Positions 20,748 through 30,472 are shown, numbered from the stretch's first letter. The stretch is DNA of 64,000 nt from Oligoflexales bacterium (GCA_965215515.1 OZ244057.1:160001-224000), one strand, 5' to 3'. Notes: generated from the sequence alone by a model not told the origin. Program-made: numbers and translations.

Positions 20748-21506
20748 ATGCGCACAGTTGCAATTGTCACACAAATAGTACTATTCATAGGTTGCGGGCG
20801 ACAGCCGCTCCAACAACCGACGATCAACACCGCCACCAGCTTGACCCTAAAAATGCAAGAAGCACAAACCGACGGCGAGCCGTCAATGGTAATGCTGCTA
20901 TGCGAAGCAGAAAAATGCACAAACCCACTGCGCGATAAAAGCGGTAAAAACTTTCATTTTAAAAACTATGCCGACCTCTATAACGAAAAAGTGCAAGGAG
21001 AAAACAAAGGACAGAAAATAAAAATGGCACTGCTCGGTATCACCATGACAGCTACCGCCGCAGGTGCGTTGCTCTACATCAAATCTGACGCGATGCGCCG
21101 CACCATCGGCTGGGCTTCTGAAAAAATAAAACGCCTAACGGATGATATTGCTGATCTTGAACAAGGAATTGAAAAAAATAAGCATAAGCTAGCAAAGTTG
21201 AGAGCAGAAAAAACAAAACATGTAGCACGTAAGAAAAAACTTGCAACAAGAGACGCGTTCGTCACCCCCGCTTACTGGACAGCCTTGGGGCTGTCCGCAC
21301 TGGGGACAAACGCCCTCGCTTTTGCTCCAGGGATTGCCGAAGACACGTTATGGAAAAATAATAAACGTATGCTTGCCGACTTGTTTATTCATGGCAATGC
21401 AGTAAAAGTCACCAAAGATGAGTTGACCGATCTGTTCGCTATTTTGGTCAAACAAGTCCCCGTGACCGTGGATGTTGCGGTGCAGAGTTATCTGTTCAGT
21501 ATTTAG
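20748..21506 (+). CDS. Orphan lipoprotein, paralog A
   Basis: Lipobox FIGC; shares LTL..(C-x4-C-x-N-x-L) and W..L..LF..G..V...EL blocks with the next two ORFs. Confidence 0.8.
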   Translation: MRTVAIVTQIVLFIGCGRQPLQQPTINTATSLTLKMQEAQTDGEPSMVMLLCEAEKCTNPLRDKSGKNFHFKNYADLYNEKVQGENKGQKIKMALLGITMTATAAGALLYIKSDAMRRTIGWASEKIKRLTDDIADLEQGIEKNKHKLAKLRAEKTKHVARKKKLATRDAFVTPAYWTALGLSALGTNALAFAPGIAEDTLWKNNKRMLADLFIHGNAVKVTKDELTDLFAILVKQVPVTVDVAVQSYLFSI

Positions 21507-21545
21507 TTGATCGTTGTTGTTTCTCACTGCAGAAAGGAAGTCGTT

Positions 21546-22277
21546 ATGAGAGCCCTGTTGATGTTGACAATGGTAGTGCTTGCCGCTTGTGGAAGCAAAA
21601 AAGACAAAGCGAGTAAACATGAAAAGACCGCGCGCGATCTTACCCTAAGACTAGCGGAAAGAACCGTAAAAGATAGGTTACGCACTTACTTACAGCTCTG
21701 TGTGGACGACAAGTGCCACAATGCGCTGCAGGAAAGAAACGGCGCGGAGTTTTATTTTCCTAATCAGATTAGCGATAGACGTAACGACCATCGCCTCCTT
21801 CACACACGGAAGGGGAGAGAAGATAGTCGTAGCGATCGTCGCCCCGTAAACCAGCACCGCGGTGGCTATGAACGTGCACCACGCGTAGAGGCGGTGTTTA
21901 CCCTCGGAGGGCTTAGACTCAGCTATTCCCAGCGCGTCCGCACTGCCTATCGCACCCATGTCGTCTACAACAATCGTACCTCAGATAGAATTCGTAACAT
22001 GGATCGTCATCAAACTGGCGGGCGCAGAGCGGAACGTAAGGACAATGGCGATTACGCTAACGCGCTGAGCACAACAGCTGTGCATCCAAACCTGATGCAG
22101 GTTATCGCGGACAACAGACACTGGGAAGAAAGGGAGCATAGTCTGCGCCAATTATTTGTGGACGGCAAAAAGATTACAGTCAGCAAAAAAGAACTACACC
22201 GTTTGTTGACTATCACTGCTGATTATTTCGATGTTGCCATCAACCGCGCCGTCGCAAAACTTCTGAACCGTAGTTGA
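21546..22277 (+). CDS. Orphan lipoprotein, paralog B (Arg-rich core)
   Basis: Lipobox LAAC; same scaffold blocks. Confidence 0.8.
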   Translation: MRALLMLTMVVLAACGSKKDKASKHEKTARDLTLRLAERTVKDRLRTYLQLCVDDKCHNALQERNGAEFYFPNQISDRRNDHRLLHTRKGREDSRSDRRPVNQHRGGYERAPRVEAVFTLGGLRLSYSQRVRTAYRTHVVYNNRTSDRIRNMDRHQTGGRRAERKDNGDYANALSTTAVHPNLMQVIADNRHWEEREHSLRQLFVDGKKITVSKKELHRLLTITADYFDVAINRAVAKLLNRS

Positions 22278-22286
22278 GGAGACGAT

Positions 22287-23048
22287 ATGACGCTGAGAAT
22301 ATTATTAACATTGCTCACTTCCGCTTGCGCAGCAGGCGGAACGAGCGATGTGCAGAACAAGAAAAAAGACAAGCTCGCACTGACCTTGCAAATGCAGGAA
22401 CGCTATCGCGACGGACAGACACAAGCAGCATTGATTTTGTGTCAACACCACCGTTGTTTGAATCCGCTGCGTCACGCAGACGGCAGTGAGTTTTATTTTC
22501 AAGACCACGCCGAAGCCTACAACACTTTCACCCAAAAACACGGGGTGGGCGAGAAGGTAAAGTTCGCCCTGCTGGGAATCGCAGTAGTCGCGGGCAGCGC
22601 GGGGATTATCTTGCTGCTCAGACACGGCTGGAAAGGTAGGAGACTGGACAAACACTTTCCCCTTGTCGATGCACAGGGCAATAAGGTCGATCTCTCCGAA
22701 ATTAGCAAAGGCGACAGAGCTGATAAGACGGTAAAATATTATGTCTCGGATAATACTACACTTACTGCCGAAGAGGCAAAAAAACTCAACAGGGCAATCG
22801 ATCAGTCGTTTGGCGCGGGGGTGACGGCTGCCGCTATCGGAACGGCGAGCTGGGCGACGGTATTCGGGATGGAACTTACTACTAACCCACATTGGCGGCG
22901 TAAGCAAAAAGACTTTGCCGCGCTATTTATGCAGGGTAAGCGTATCGTGGTCAACAGACAAGAGCTGGCCGCGTTATTGCGGGCTATGAACGAAAAGCTG
23001 GGAGTGCGGATTGCTCCTAACGTCACGCACCTTCTCTACGGGAGGTGA
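22287..23048 (+). CDS. Orphan lipoprotein, paralog C
   Basis: SD GAGGAG, lipobox-like TSAC; same scaffold blocks. Confidence 0.8.
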   Translation: MTLRILLTLLTSACAAGGTSDVQNKKKDKLALTLQMQERYRDGQTQAALILCQHHRCLNPLRHADGSEFYFQDHAEAYNTFTQKHGVGEKVKFALLGIAVVAGSAGIILLLRHGWKGRRLDKHFPLVDAQGNKVDLSEISKGDRADKTVKYYVSDNTTLTAEEAKKLNRAIDQSFGAGVTAAAIGTASWATVFGMELTTNPHWRRKQKDFAALFMQGKRIVVNRQELAALLRAMNEKLGVRIAPNVTHLLYGR

Positions 23049-23053
23049 TAGGC

Positions 23054-23902
23054 ATGCAGGACATGCAGTTGCAAGCGCTGGTAGCGCGTGCTCTAGAAGA
23101 AGATTGGGGTGAGGGTGATTGGGCAACCGACATCTGCGTTCCTCCAGAAACACTCACTACCGCCTCACTAGTTACTCAAGAGCCGCTCGTCGCGGCTTGC
23201 CTTGAGCTGGTCGCCGCGGTTTTCGGTGCGATAGACAGCGAGCTCAAAATCGCACTGCGTGTGCCTAACGGTGCCGCGGTGGGCGCGGGCGAGGTGTTGG
23301 CAGTGCTCAGCGGTCGCACACGTTCCATCCTCAAAGGAGAGCGAGTAGCATTGCATTTTCTCGCCCACTTGTGTGGTATCGCCACCTTGACGGCGCGGTT
23401 TGTCGCTGAGCTAACGAACCACAAGGCACAGCTACTCGCCACGCGTGACGGCACCGTAGGCTTGTGCATGTTGGAGAAGACTGCCAGTGCAATCGGTGGT
23501 GCACACGGTCACCGTCTCGGTATCAGCGATAGCGTGGTTATCAAGCGAAATCATCTGCACGCCGCGGGGGGAATCAAACCTGCTCTAGCGATGTTGAAGG
23601 AGAGTTTACCTCCTACCCTGAAGGTAGAGGTCGAGATCGCACAACTCGCACAGTTGCAGGAGGCGTTGGCGGCGGGAGCTGACTTGATCGTGCTCAACGA
23701 CTTTAGCGGCGCGGAGATTGCCCTGGCGGTGCGCATGGCACAAGGTCAAGTGTTGCTTGAAGCAGCAGGCAACATCGCCCTATCCGAGGTGGGGAAAATA
23801 GCCGCCACAGGTGTTGATTTCATCTCCAGCAGTGCTATTATACGCTCCTCCCGCTGGTCGGAGGTTAGTCTTGTGTGTGGGAGCACGACACTGCCATCCT
23901 GA
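23054..23902 (+). CDS. nadC: Quinolinate phosphoribosyltransferase-like protein with divergent active-site motifs
   Basis: ALEED, GERVAL, HRLG.SD, EVE, GVDFIS retained; TRKT changed to TRDG. Confidence 0.8.
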   Translation: MQDMQLQALVARALEEDWGEGDWATDICVPPETLTTASLVTQEPLVAACLELVAAVFGAIDSELKIALRVPNGAAVGAGEVLAVLSGRTRSILKGERVALHFLAHLCGIATLTARFVAELTNHKAQLLATRDGTVGLCMLEKTASAIGGAHGHRLGISDSVVIKRNHLHAAGGIKPALAMLKESLPPTLKVEVEIAQLAQLQEALAAGADLIVLNDFSGAEIALAVRMAQGQVLLEAAGNIALSEVGKIAATGVDFISSSAIIRSSRWSEVSLVCGSTTLPS

Positions 23903-23932
23903 AACTCTTGCCTCTAGCAGCGTCTTCTGTTT

Positions 23933-24916
23933 TTGGAGGAGAACTCTTCCTTGCCGCTAACGAGATATGTTTTGGGGGCGGTGCTTTCTGTCGCTTGTGT
24001 GTCAACACCGACACAAGCACAGGGTGTTTTGCCACACCACCAAGAGTTGGTGGAAACACGCTACCGACAGGAAGTGCGCGGTTTCAACTGGTATTATCGC
24101 TTCGCACTTCTGGCTACGGCACATGCCAACCAAGCCGAGGTGTTGCGTCAGTGTTCGCGTACAGACGGTAGCTTTTGTAACGATGCACAGCTGACACAGA
24201 TATTGCGCCAGGAGGTAGATGAGGTGGCACAGATCGCTGGCTCGATCGCTACCTACAGCGTGGCCTTGACGTGCATCGTGCTGTCCGCCTTCCTGGGGTC
24301 AAAACTCAACGAGCTACTCGCCGCACGCAAAAGCATCACCGCGGCGCAACGTGATTTCGTGCGGGTGTTCATTCCCATTATCACGGGTTTTGGGGTGTTC
24401 TCGGTCGGTGCGCCGTTGTGGGATCCGCTCAAATCGTTTGTGCGCCGCTGGGCTTTCGCCAGTAACCAACGCTCGCGAAAAGAAGATGCCTTCGCAGGCA
24501 AATACCCGCATCGCCCTGAGCTGGAAGCTTATTGGCTACAGATGCAAAAGTATTTCAGTGTCAACGCCCAGATCAGCCGCAACACACTCAGTGCCTTCTT
24601 GGTGCTGGTCACCCCGAGCTTGCAAGACGCACGCCGTGCCTATGACGAGCAGCGTTTTGATTACGCCGCGGCACAGTATGCCAAGGTGATGGTACAGATG
24701 CGCTTTCTCTATTCGGAATTAACCCCCGCCAACTCCATCGTCACCGCGACGGTGCAGAGCTACCTGCGCAACATCGCCCCCACGCAAGAATTTCTCGATA
24801 CAATCCTGTCGATCACGACAGAGCTCGACCCCTTGCAAAGCAAAATCGATGGGCATGATTACTACGTGCGCTGCATCCGTGCCTGGTTCGAAGATGACTA
24901 TGAACCTATGTCCTGA
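23933..24916 (+). CDS. Hypothetical exported membrane protein
   Basis: 327-aa ORF, signal-like N-terminus, two internal TM segments. Confidence 0.7.
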   Translation: MEENSSLPLTRYVLGAVLSVACVSTPTQAQGVLPHHQELVETRYRQEVRGFNWYYRFALLATAHANQAEVLRQCSRTDGSFCNDAQLTQILRQEVDEVAQIAGSIATYSVALTCIVLSAFLGSKLNELLAARKSITAAQRDFVRVFIPIITGFGVFSVGAPLWDPLKSFVRRWAFASNQRSRKEDAFAGKYPHRPELEAYWLQMQKYFSVNAQISRNTLSAFLVLVTPSLQDARRAYDEQRFDYAAAQYAKVMVQMRFLYSELTPANSIVTATVQSYLRNIAPTQEFLDTILSITTELDPLQSKIDGHDYYVRCIRAWFEDDYEPMS

Positions 24917-24917
24917 T

Positions 24918-25625
24918 TCAGTTGTCAACCTCAATCAACGGTGGCTTGTTGTGTAGGCCACCAGGTTTCTTTCTTAACCCTGGATCATTGTCGTGTCTAA
25001 CACCCAGATTGAAAGCGGCGGAAGCCTTGACGATGAGTTTCAGCTCGAAGCTGTCGCCCTTTTCCATGCTCACGATCTTCAGCGCACAGGATTGCGCTAG
25101 CACCGTGTGACAGACTGGTTCTTCATCATCCTTAAAATATCTCCGCGCGGTCAGTGAGCTGACCCTGTAGGTGCTGATCACCTCGCGCTGCTGTGCCCCG
25201 ACATAAACGTCATGAGTACGCTGTCCATATTGGGTTTCAGCTCTCTTCCTGAGCGCCATGACGGCAGTGAAGGTCAGGGTTAGTTCACTCTCGGTATTTT
25301 TTTTTATCCTATGCGGATGAAGACGCATCTCCAGCTTGCCGTTGGTGTAGACGGGGCCGTGAGTCGAGTTGCCCGCGGGCGTGGTGCTGGGGGGCGCGGT
25401 GGGCGGTGTGGTGGGGGTCGCGCTGCCGTTTGCCTCTGGAGTTCGGGTTGATTCGTCTGTCTCACCAGGACATTGCGGAGAAGGTGAAGTTTGTCCTGCG
25501 CAGGGGTCGGTGTACCCTGCTTGCTCGCTGTCGAAACCATCCGTATCGCGGCCCGACATTGCGCCGCCGTGACAACCGTGTACAGGCAGTAACACCATGA
25601 ACGATAGCAACACCCGCATCAGCAC
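24918..25625 (-). CDS. Hypothetical lipoprotein with Pro/Thr linker and beta-rich C-terminal domain
   Basis: VHGC lipobox-like; ATPTTPPTAPPSTTP linker. Confidence 0.7.
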   Translation of the reverse strand: MLMRVLLSFMVLLPVHGCHGGAMSGRDTDGFDSEQAGYTDPCAGQTSPSPQCPGETDESTRTPEANGSATPTTPPTAPPSTTPAGNSTHGPVYTNGKLEMRLHPHRIKKNTESELTLTFTAVMALRKRAETQYGQRTHDVYVGAQQREVISTYRVSSLTARRYFKDDEEPVCHTVLAQSCALKIVSMEKGDSFELKLIVKASAAFNLGVRHDNDPGLRKKPGGLHNKPPLIEVDN

Positions 25626-25645
25626 TGTAGATGCCCCCGTAAAAA
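25626..25645 (+). repeat. Dispersed motif copy 2 (TGTAGATGCCCCCGTAAAAA, then GCAGACACC)
   Basis: 18/20 identical to copy 1. Confidence 0.65.
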
Positions 25646-25654
25646 GCAGACACC

Positions 25655-25681
25655 CTATCGGCTTGGAAGGGCAAAACTTGA
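25655..25681 (-). promoter_or_regulatory. Sigma-28 promoter
   Basis: Minus strand TCAA-N15-GCCGATAG before the 24918-25625 gene. Confidence 0.65.
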
Positions 25682-25738
25682 GAGGGGCACCCGCTTAGCT
25701 AAAAAATGTTTAAATATCAGTGATATATGGGAAAAAAC

Positions 25739-25765
25739 TAATTATTTGCTAGCTGTGACCGAGAA
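25739..25765 (+). promoter_or_regulatory. Sigma-28-like promoter (degenerate)
   Basis: TAAT-N15-ACCGAGAA; shares CTAATTATTTG with the 4213-4239 site. Confidence 0.4.
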
Positions 25766-25799
25766 CGTTAGGGTGACACGTGAGGTGGGGGCAAGCGTG

Positions 25800-26594
25800 A
25801 TGAGAGGGGGAATATTGTTGTTAGCGATCATCTGTTGCGCCGACGAACCTGCGGGAGAGCCGCCTGAGGGGAGTGAAGAGCAGAGCCCAACACCTACGGG
25901 CTCTGCTGATGCGGGCCGCGAGTCAGGAGGTGCTGGTGCTGGCAAGGCAAACCTCTCCTTCACAAAGGACAGTTATGGGATGGAGACGGGCGCTCTGTTC
26001 GATGTCACCGTTAAGGTCGAAGCTGAGGTGCCACTCGCCGAAGGCAGCCGCGTGCTACTGAAGTTAGTGGATAGAGACGATAACGAAGCAGGCAGCATGA
26101 TGCAGTGGCAGGACGCACAGGAGGAGATGCAGCCGCACGGTGCGGAGATAACCGCAGCGGTCAAGGACGGTAAGGCGGAGTTTAAGAACTTGTTCATCGT
26201 CGCTGCCCACAATGTCAGCAAACTACAGGCCACGCTAACACACGCAGACAGTTCATCGACCGCGCAACCCGCGACCAGCGAGTTAAGCAGCACCTCTAGG
26301 AGTGCTGTGGTACAGGTAGCAAATCTAAATCTAAATGGGGGTTACAGCCCACATTTAGCGATCAGCGGAAGTGGAATAAATCTCGGTCAGGTCAACACCG
26401 ACATCTACTTTTTCAACGCCAACTCCAATCCGCCTATGCTGGGCAAACACAGCGGCAGCGGACAACAACAATCTATCCAACCACAGACCAAAGAAGCGAT
26501 CGAGGGCACGGATTGCCACGACTATCGCCTGGTCATCAAATTCAACGATAACCGCGTCCGCTATCAGAGTAGCCTCTCCTCCTGCAATGACTGA
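25800..26594 (+). CDS. Hypothetical exported protein/lipoprotein with Ig-like domain
   Basis: Signal ending in IICC; acidic linker; KDGKAEFKNLFI...LQAT Ig-like motif. Confidence 0.7.
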   Translation: MRGGILLLAIICCADEPAGEPPEGSEEQSPTPTGSADAGRESGGAGAGKANLSFTKDSYGMETGALFDVTVKVEAEVPLAEGSRVLLKLVDRDDNEAGSMMQWQDAQEEMQPHGAEITAAVKDGKAEFKNLFIVAAHNVSKLQATLTHADSSSTAQPATSELSSTSRSAVVQVANLNLNGGYSPHLAISGSGINLGQVNTDIYFFNANSNPPMLGKHSGSGQQQSIQPQTKEAIEGTDCHDYRLVIKFNDNRVRYQSSLSSCND

Positions 26595-26634
26595 TTAAAA
26601 TCAGCTGTTTACCGCATCTCGAACTTTCCCTATA

Positions 26635-27861
26635 ATGGAAGTAGCGGTCGTGGAGGAAGTTGTGAGCGCGGCGCGCATCGATGCCGCAACGGCAAAGAGA
26701 TACCTACCGTTCCTTGTGCTACCGCTGTTGGGGCTACTCTTCAGCGGCTACGCGGTGGTGCATTTTTACAATGTCAAGCTGGGTTGGGGGGATAACTATG
26801 CCTGCAACATCAACCAGACCTTCAACTGCGATGCGGTGGCATTGAGCCAGTGGAGCGAGCTGTTCGGTGTGCCTATGGGTGTCTACGGTGCGGCCTACTT
26901 TATCTCCCTATGGGTGCTGCTCATCATCGCTATTTCGGGACACAGGAGTGCGCGTGACCATCTGCTCGCCTATGCCGCCATGAACGTGCTCGGCGTGCTG
27001 GTAGCGCTGTTGCTGGCAGGGGTCTCGTACCTCCTCCTGCGCGTGTGGTGCATTTCCTGTCTGGGTGTCTATGCTGTCTGCTTGCTCCAGTCGCTCTTCT
27101 TGCTGTGGCAACGTCATAAATTCAACTTCCAGTGCGACGCTAAGGCTATCATCCGCGGCGGCACAACAGCTTTACTGGTGGTAATTGCGGCGGTGGCCGT
27201 GCACTCCTTCGCTAAGCCACGTCTGTCACGTCCTGTCCCCGAGCAGAGCGAGGATACCCTCGCCGCGACGGAACGGCTGCTCGCTAGCGGCACGGGACAG
27301 ACCATCCCGATCAACCGCACGCCTTACGCGGGGATGGGAGAGGATTACCGCCGCGGCTCGGATCGAGCACAGGTGCAGGTAGTGGAATTCATCGATTTCC
27401 AATGTCCCTCGTGCCAGATGATGTCGGCCGCAATGGAGGTGCTGCACAAAGAGTACGGCGAGCGAGTGCTGTTTGTCGTCAAAAACTACCCCCTCGACAA
27501 ACAATGCCATACCAAAATGCAACGCCGCGGTCATCAGCATGCCTGCGACATCGCTGTCTTAGCGCGCTGTGCGGGGCAGTACGGCAAGTTCTGGCAGTAC
27601 CACGACCTCGCCCTGGCCAATCAACGCGCTGCTAGCGAAGCTACCATCTTAGCCTGGGCGAAGCAGGTAGGTTTGCAGGAAGAACAGATCGCCTCCTGTC
27701 GTGACTCACGCGGCATTTTAGCAAAGATAAAAGACGACATCGCCCTCGGCAGTAAGATAGGGGTGGAAGCTACACCTACCGTGTTTATCAACGGCAAGAA
27801 ATATCTCGGCGCACCACAGGTGGAGACGCTGCGTCGTGCGATCGACAGCCTGCTAAACTAA
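26635..27861 (+). CDS. VKOR-DsbA/thioredoxin fusion
   Basis: C-x6-C loop, CISC in TM region, FIDFQCPSC, TPTVFING. Confidence 0.9.
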   Translation: MEVAVVEEVVSAARIDAATAKRYLPFLVLPLLGLLFSGYAVVHFYNVKLGWGDNYACNINQTFNCDAVALSQWSELFGVPMGVYGAAYFISLWVLLIIAISGHRSARDHLLAYAAMNVLGVLVALLLAGVSYLLLRVWCISCLGVYAVCLLQSLFLLWQRHKFNFQCDAKAIIRGGTTALLVVIAAVAVHSFAKPRLSRPVPEQSEDTLAATERLLASGTGQTIPINRTPYAGMGEDYRRGSDRAQVQVVEFIDFQCPSCQMMSAAMEVLHKEYGERVLFVVKNYPLDKQCHTKMQRRGHQHACDIAVLARCAGQYGKFWQYHDLALANQRAASEATILAWAKQVGLQEEQIASCRDSRGILAKIKDDIALGSKIGVEATPTVFINGKKYLGAPQVETLRRAIDSLLN

Positions 27862-27878
27862 TTGGTTGCAACAACAAA

Positions 27879-28658
27879 ATGCCTACACCTCCCCTACACA
27901 TCGATTTTGAACACGATTTCCCCCACAAACTCATGCGACAGCGTTTCGCCACGGGCAGTGTGCTGCACGATGCCGACACGGTCAGGTCGTGGCGACAACA
28001 GTGGCTGGCGCAATTGTCATCGTGGCACACACCATACAAAGCGTTGATCGATTGCCGACACCTGACACTGTGCGATGATGCACAACTCAAAGACGCACTG
28101 GTGACCTTGCTGGCTTTCATGCAAAGACTCTTCTTGCGCAAGGCAGTGGGATTTAATCGCCGTGCGGATTGTCACCATGACCTGCTACCCTTCACGGTGC
28201 TCGTCACAGAGGCAGAGGCATGGCAGGAGTTGGGTCTGCGAACACAGAGGCGCGCACAAGGCGATGATTTGCGCAGCCAGATAGTTATCCAGAACCATTT
28301 TCGCCAGCAAGTGGTTGAACTGAGTTTCAGTACCCCTTTTATGCTTGATGATGACAACAAGCTGGCAGTACTGAAAAGCAAGCTGACCAACAACTTGATG
28401 CAGTGGCACTCCAAATGGTCGCTGCTGGTCGATTGCGGTAATTTCACTCTCGCGGCGGCATACCGCCAACCCTTCGCGGAGCTAGAAGTTTTTTTGCGGC
28501 GTTATTTTTTGCAAAAAATCGTCGGCTACAACCGTAAAGGGAGCGAACATGATTTCCCCTTCCCCGCGTTGCGTTCCAAGCACAAGGCTGCAGCGCAGTT
28601 AGAACACGATACCGCAGTAGCGGGCGATGAAGCACACTGCCGCACGAGGGCAACATGA
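27879..28658 (+). CDS. Hypothetical protein with two tandem STAS/SpoIIAA-like repeats
   Basis: WH...ALIDC..LTL..FL....GFNR occurs twice. Confidence 0.7.
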   Translation: MPTPPLHIDFEHDFPHKLMRQRFATGSVLHDADTVRSWRQQWLAQLSSWHTPYKALIDCRHLTLCDDAQLKDALVTLLAFMQRLFLRKAVGFNRRADCHHDLLPFTVLVTEAEAWQELGLRTQRRAQGDDLRSQIVIQNHFRQQVVELSFSTPFMLDDDNKLAVLKSKLTNNLMQWHSKWSLLVDCGNFTLAAAYRQPFAELEVFLRRYFLQKIVGYNRKGSEHDFPFPALRSKHKAAAQLEHDTAVAGDEAHCRTRAT

Positions 28659-30448
28659 CCCTGCCCCTCCAGCGCACACACCGCCTGCACGAGTTACGAC
28701 ACAGCCATTGCGGCGAACAAGTCACCCTGATGGGATGGGTCAATCGCGTGCGTGATTTCGGCCAGCTGGTCTTCATCGATCTGCGCGATCGTTGGGGCAT
28801 GACACAGCTGTCCTTCACCGCCGAAAAGCTACGCACACCGCTGGCAGAAGTGTTGGCGGTGCGAGATGAATGGGTGCTAGCAGTACAGGGTACGGTCGTG
28901 CCACGACCGCAGAAGATGATCAACCAACAGATGCCGACAGGCAAAATCGAAGTACAGGTCGTGCAGTGGCAGGTGTTGAGCAAAGCCGATGTCTTACCCT
29001 TCCCCATCGCGGAAGGCGCGAACATCAAGCCCAACGACAGCACGCGGCTGACCTACCGCTACCTCGATCTGCGGCGCAGAACGGTCAAAGACAGCATTCT
29101 GCAACGGGTTAAATTAGTCCGTGCTATCCGCAACGCACTGGAAGCAGACGATTTTCTCGATATCGAGACCCCCCTGCTCTACAAGTCGACACCAGAGGGG
29201 GCAAGGGAATTCATCGTGCCAAGTCGCATTCAACCGCAGCATTTCTACGCTTTGCCGCAAAGTCCACAGGTGTTCAAGCAGTTGTTGATGGTGGCAGGTT
29301 TCGATCGCTACTACCAGATCGTCAAGTGTTTTCGAGACGAAGACCTGCGCGCCGATCGTCAGCCAGAATTTACGCAACTCGATTGCGAGCTGTCGTTCGT
29401 CGATCAGGAACAGGTATTGACCATCATCGAGCGAGTGATGCAGCGTGTCTTGCAAGACCTCAACCCCAACTACGCACCACAGCCCTTTGCGCGCTTGACT
29501 CATGCCGCCGCACTGGAAAACTACGGCAGCGACAAGCCCGATCTGCGTTACCAACTCAAGCTGCAACAGCTTGACAGACAGATTTTTGCAGGCTGCGGGT
29601 TGCAAGTGCTGGAAGATGCCTTGCAGACCGCAGGGGGAACGATCTATGCCATTAAAACAACAGGTTGTGGCGACAAGTTCTCTCGCCGCGATTTCGAGCA
29701 AACACAAGAGGTGGTGCGCAAAGCAGGTGGAGCTGGCCTGTGGTGGGTTAAGGTGCAACAAACCCTGGACGATGCCAGTGCCTGGCAGTCGCCGTTGAAA
29801 AAATATCTCGATGTAGAACGTGCGCAGCAATTGACCCAGACGTTGGCACTGCAGCTAGGCGATGTCGTGTTCATCGCCGCGGGTGAGCGGGTACGTACAC
29901 AGCTTGCCCTCGGTGCCTTGCGGGTACACCTAGCCGACAAGCTCCAGCTGTGTGACGACCAGCAACAATGCTGGCTATGGGTAACGGATTTTCCACTCTT
30001 CGAACGCGATCAAGCGGGCAAGCTCGGTGCTGTGCACCACCCGTTCACGCGTCCGCATGCCGATGACGTGCAGTATTTCGGCAGTGCACCAGAAAAAATC
30101 CGTGCCTGTGCCTACGATCTCGTGCTCAACGGTGTCGAGGTCGGTGGAGGGTCGGTAAGAATTCACGAGCCTGAGCTGCAACAGCGAGTGTTCGAAACTC
30201 TGCAACTTTCCGCGCAGGAGGTTACCGACAAATTTGGTTTTCTGTTGCAGGCTTTACGTTACGGCACCCCTCCGCACGGCGGGATTGCACTTGGTCTCGA
30301 TCGTCTCGCCATGTTGTTGAGTGGTGATGATTCGATTCGGGATGTAATCGCTTTCCCCAAAACATACCACGGCACATGCTTGCTGACCGCATCACCGACC
30401 ACCCTTCCTGCCGCGCAGTTGCGTGATTATCACCTCAGAACCGACTAA
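28655..30448 (+). CDS. aspS: Aspartate-tRNA ligase
   Basis: FIDLRDR, YRYLDLRR, LPQSPQ, FRDEDLRADRQPEFTQ, PPHGGIALGLDRL. Confidence 0.98.
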   Translation: MTLPLQRTHRLHELRHSHCGEQVTLMGWVNRVRDFGQLVFIDLRDRWGMTQLSFTAEKLRTPLAEVLAVRDEWVLAVQGTVVPRPQKMINQQMPTGKIEVQVVQWQVLSKADVLPFPIAEGANIKPNDSTRLTYRYLDLRRRTVKDSILQRVKLVRAIRNALEADDFLDIETPLLYKSTPEGAREFIVPSRIQPQHFYALPQSPQVFKQLLMVAGFDRYYQIVKCFRDEDLRADRQPEFTQLDCELSFVDQEQVLTIIERVMQRVLQDLNPNYAPQPFARLTHAAALENYGSDKPDLRYQLKLQQLDRQIFAGCGLQVLEDALQTAGGTIYAIKTTGCGDKFSRRDFEQTQEVVRKAGGAGLWWVKVQQTLDDASAWQSPLKKYLDVERAQQLTQTLALQLGDVVFIAAGERVRTQLALGALRVHLADKLQLCDDQQQCWLWVTDFPLFERDQAGKLGAVHHPFTRPHADDVQYFGSAPEKIRACAYDLVLNGVEVGGGSVRIHEPELQQRVFETLQLSAQEVTDKFGFLLQALRYGTPPHGGIALGLDRLAMLLSGDDSIRDVIAFPKTYHGTCLLTASPTTLPAAQLRDYHLRTD

Positions 30449-30472
30449 GCGCTAACGGCAAGTCAAGACAGG

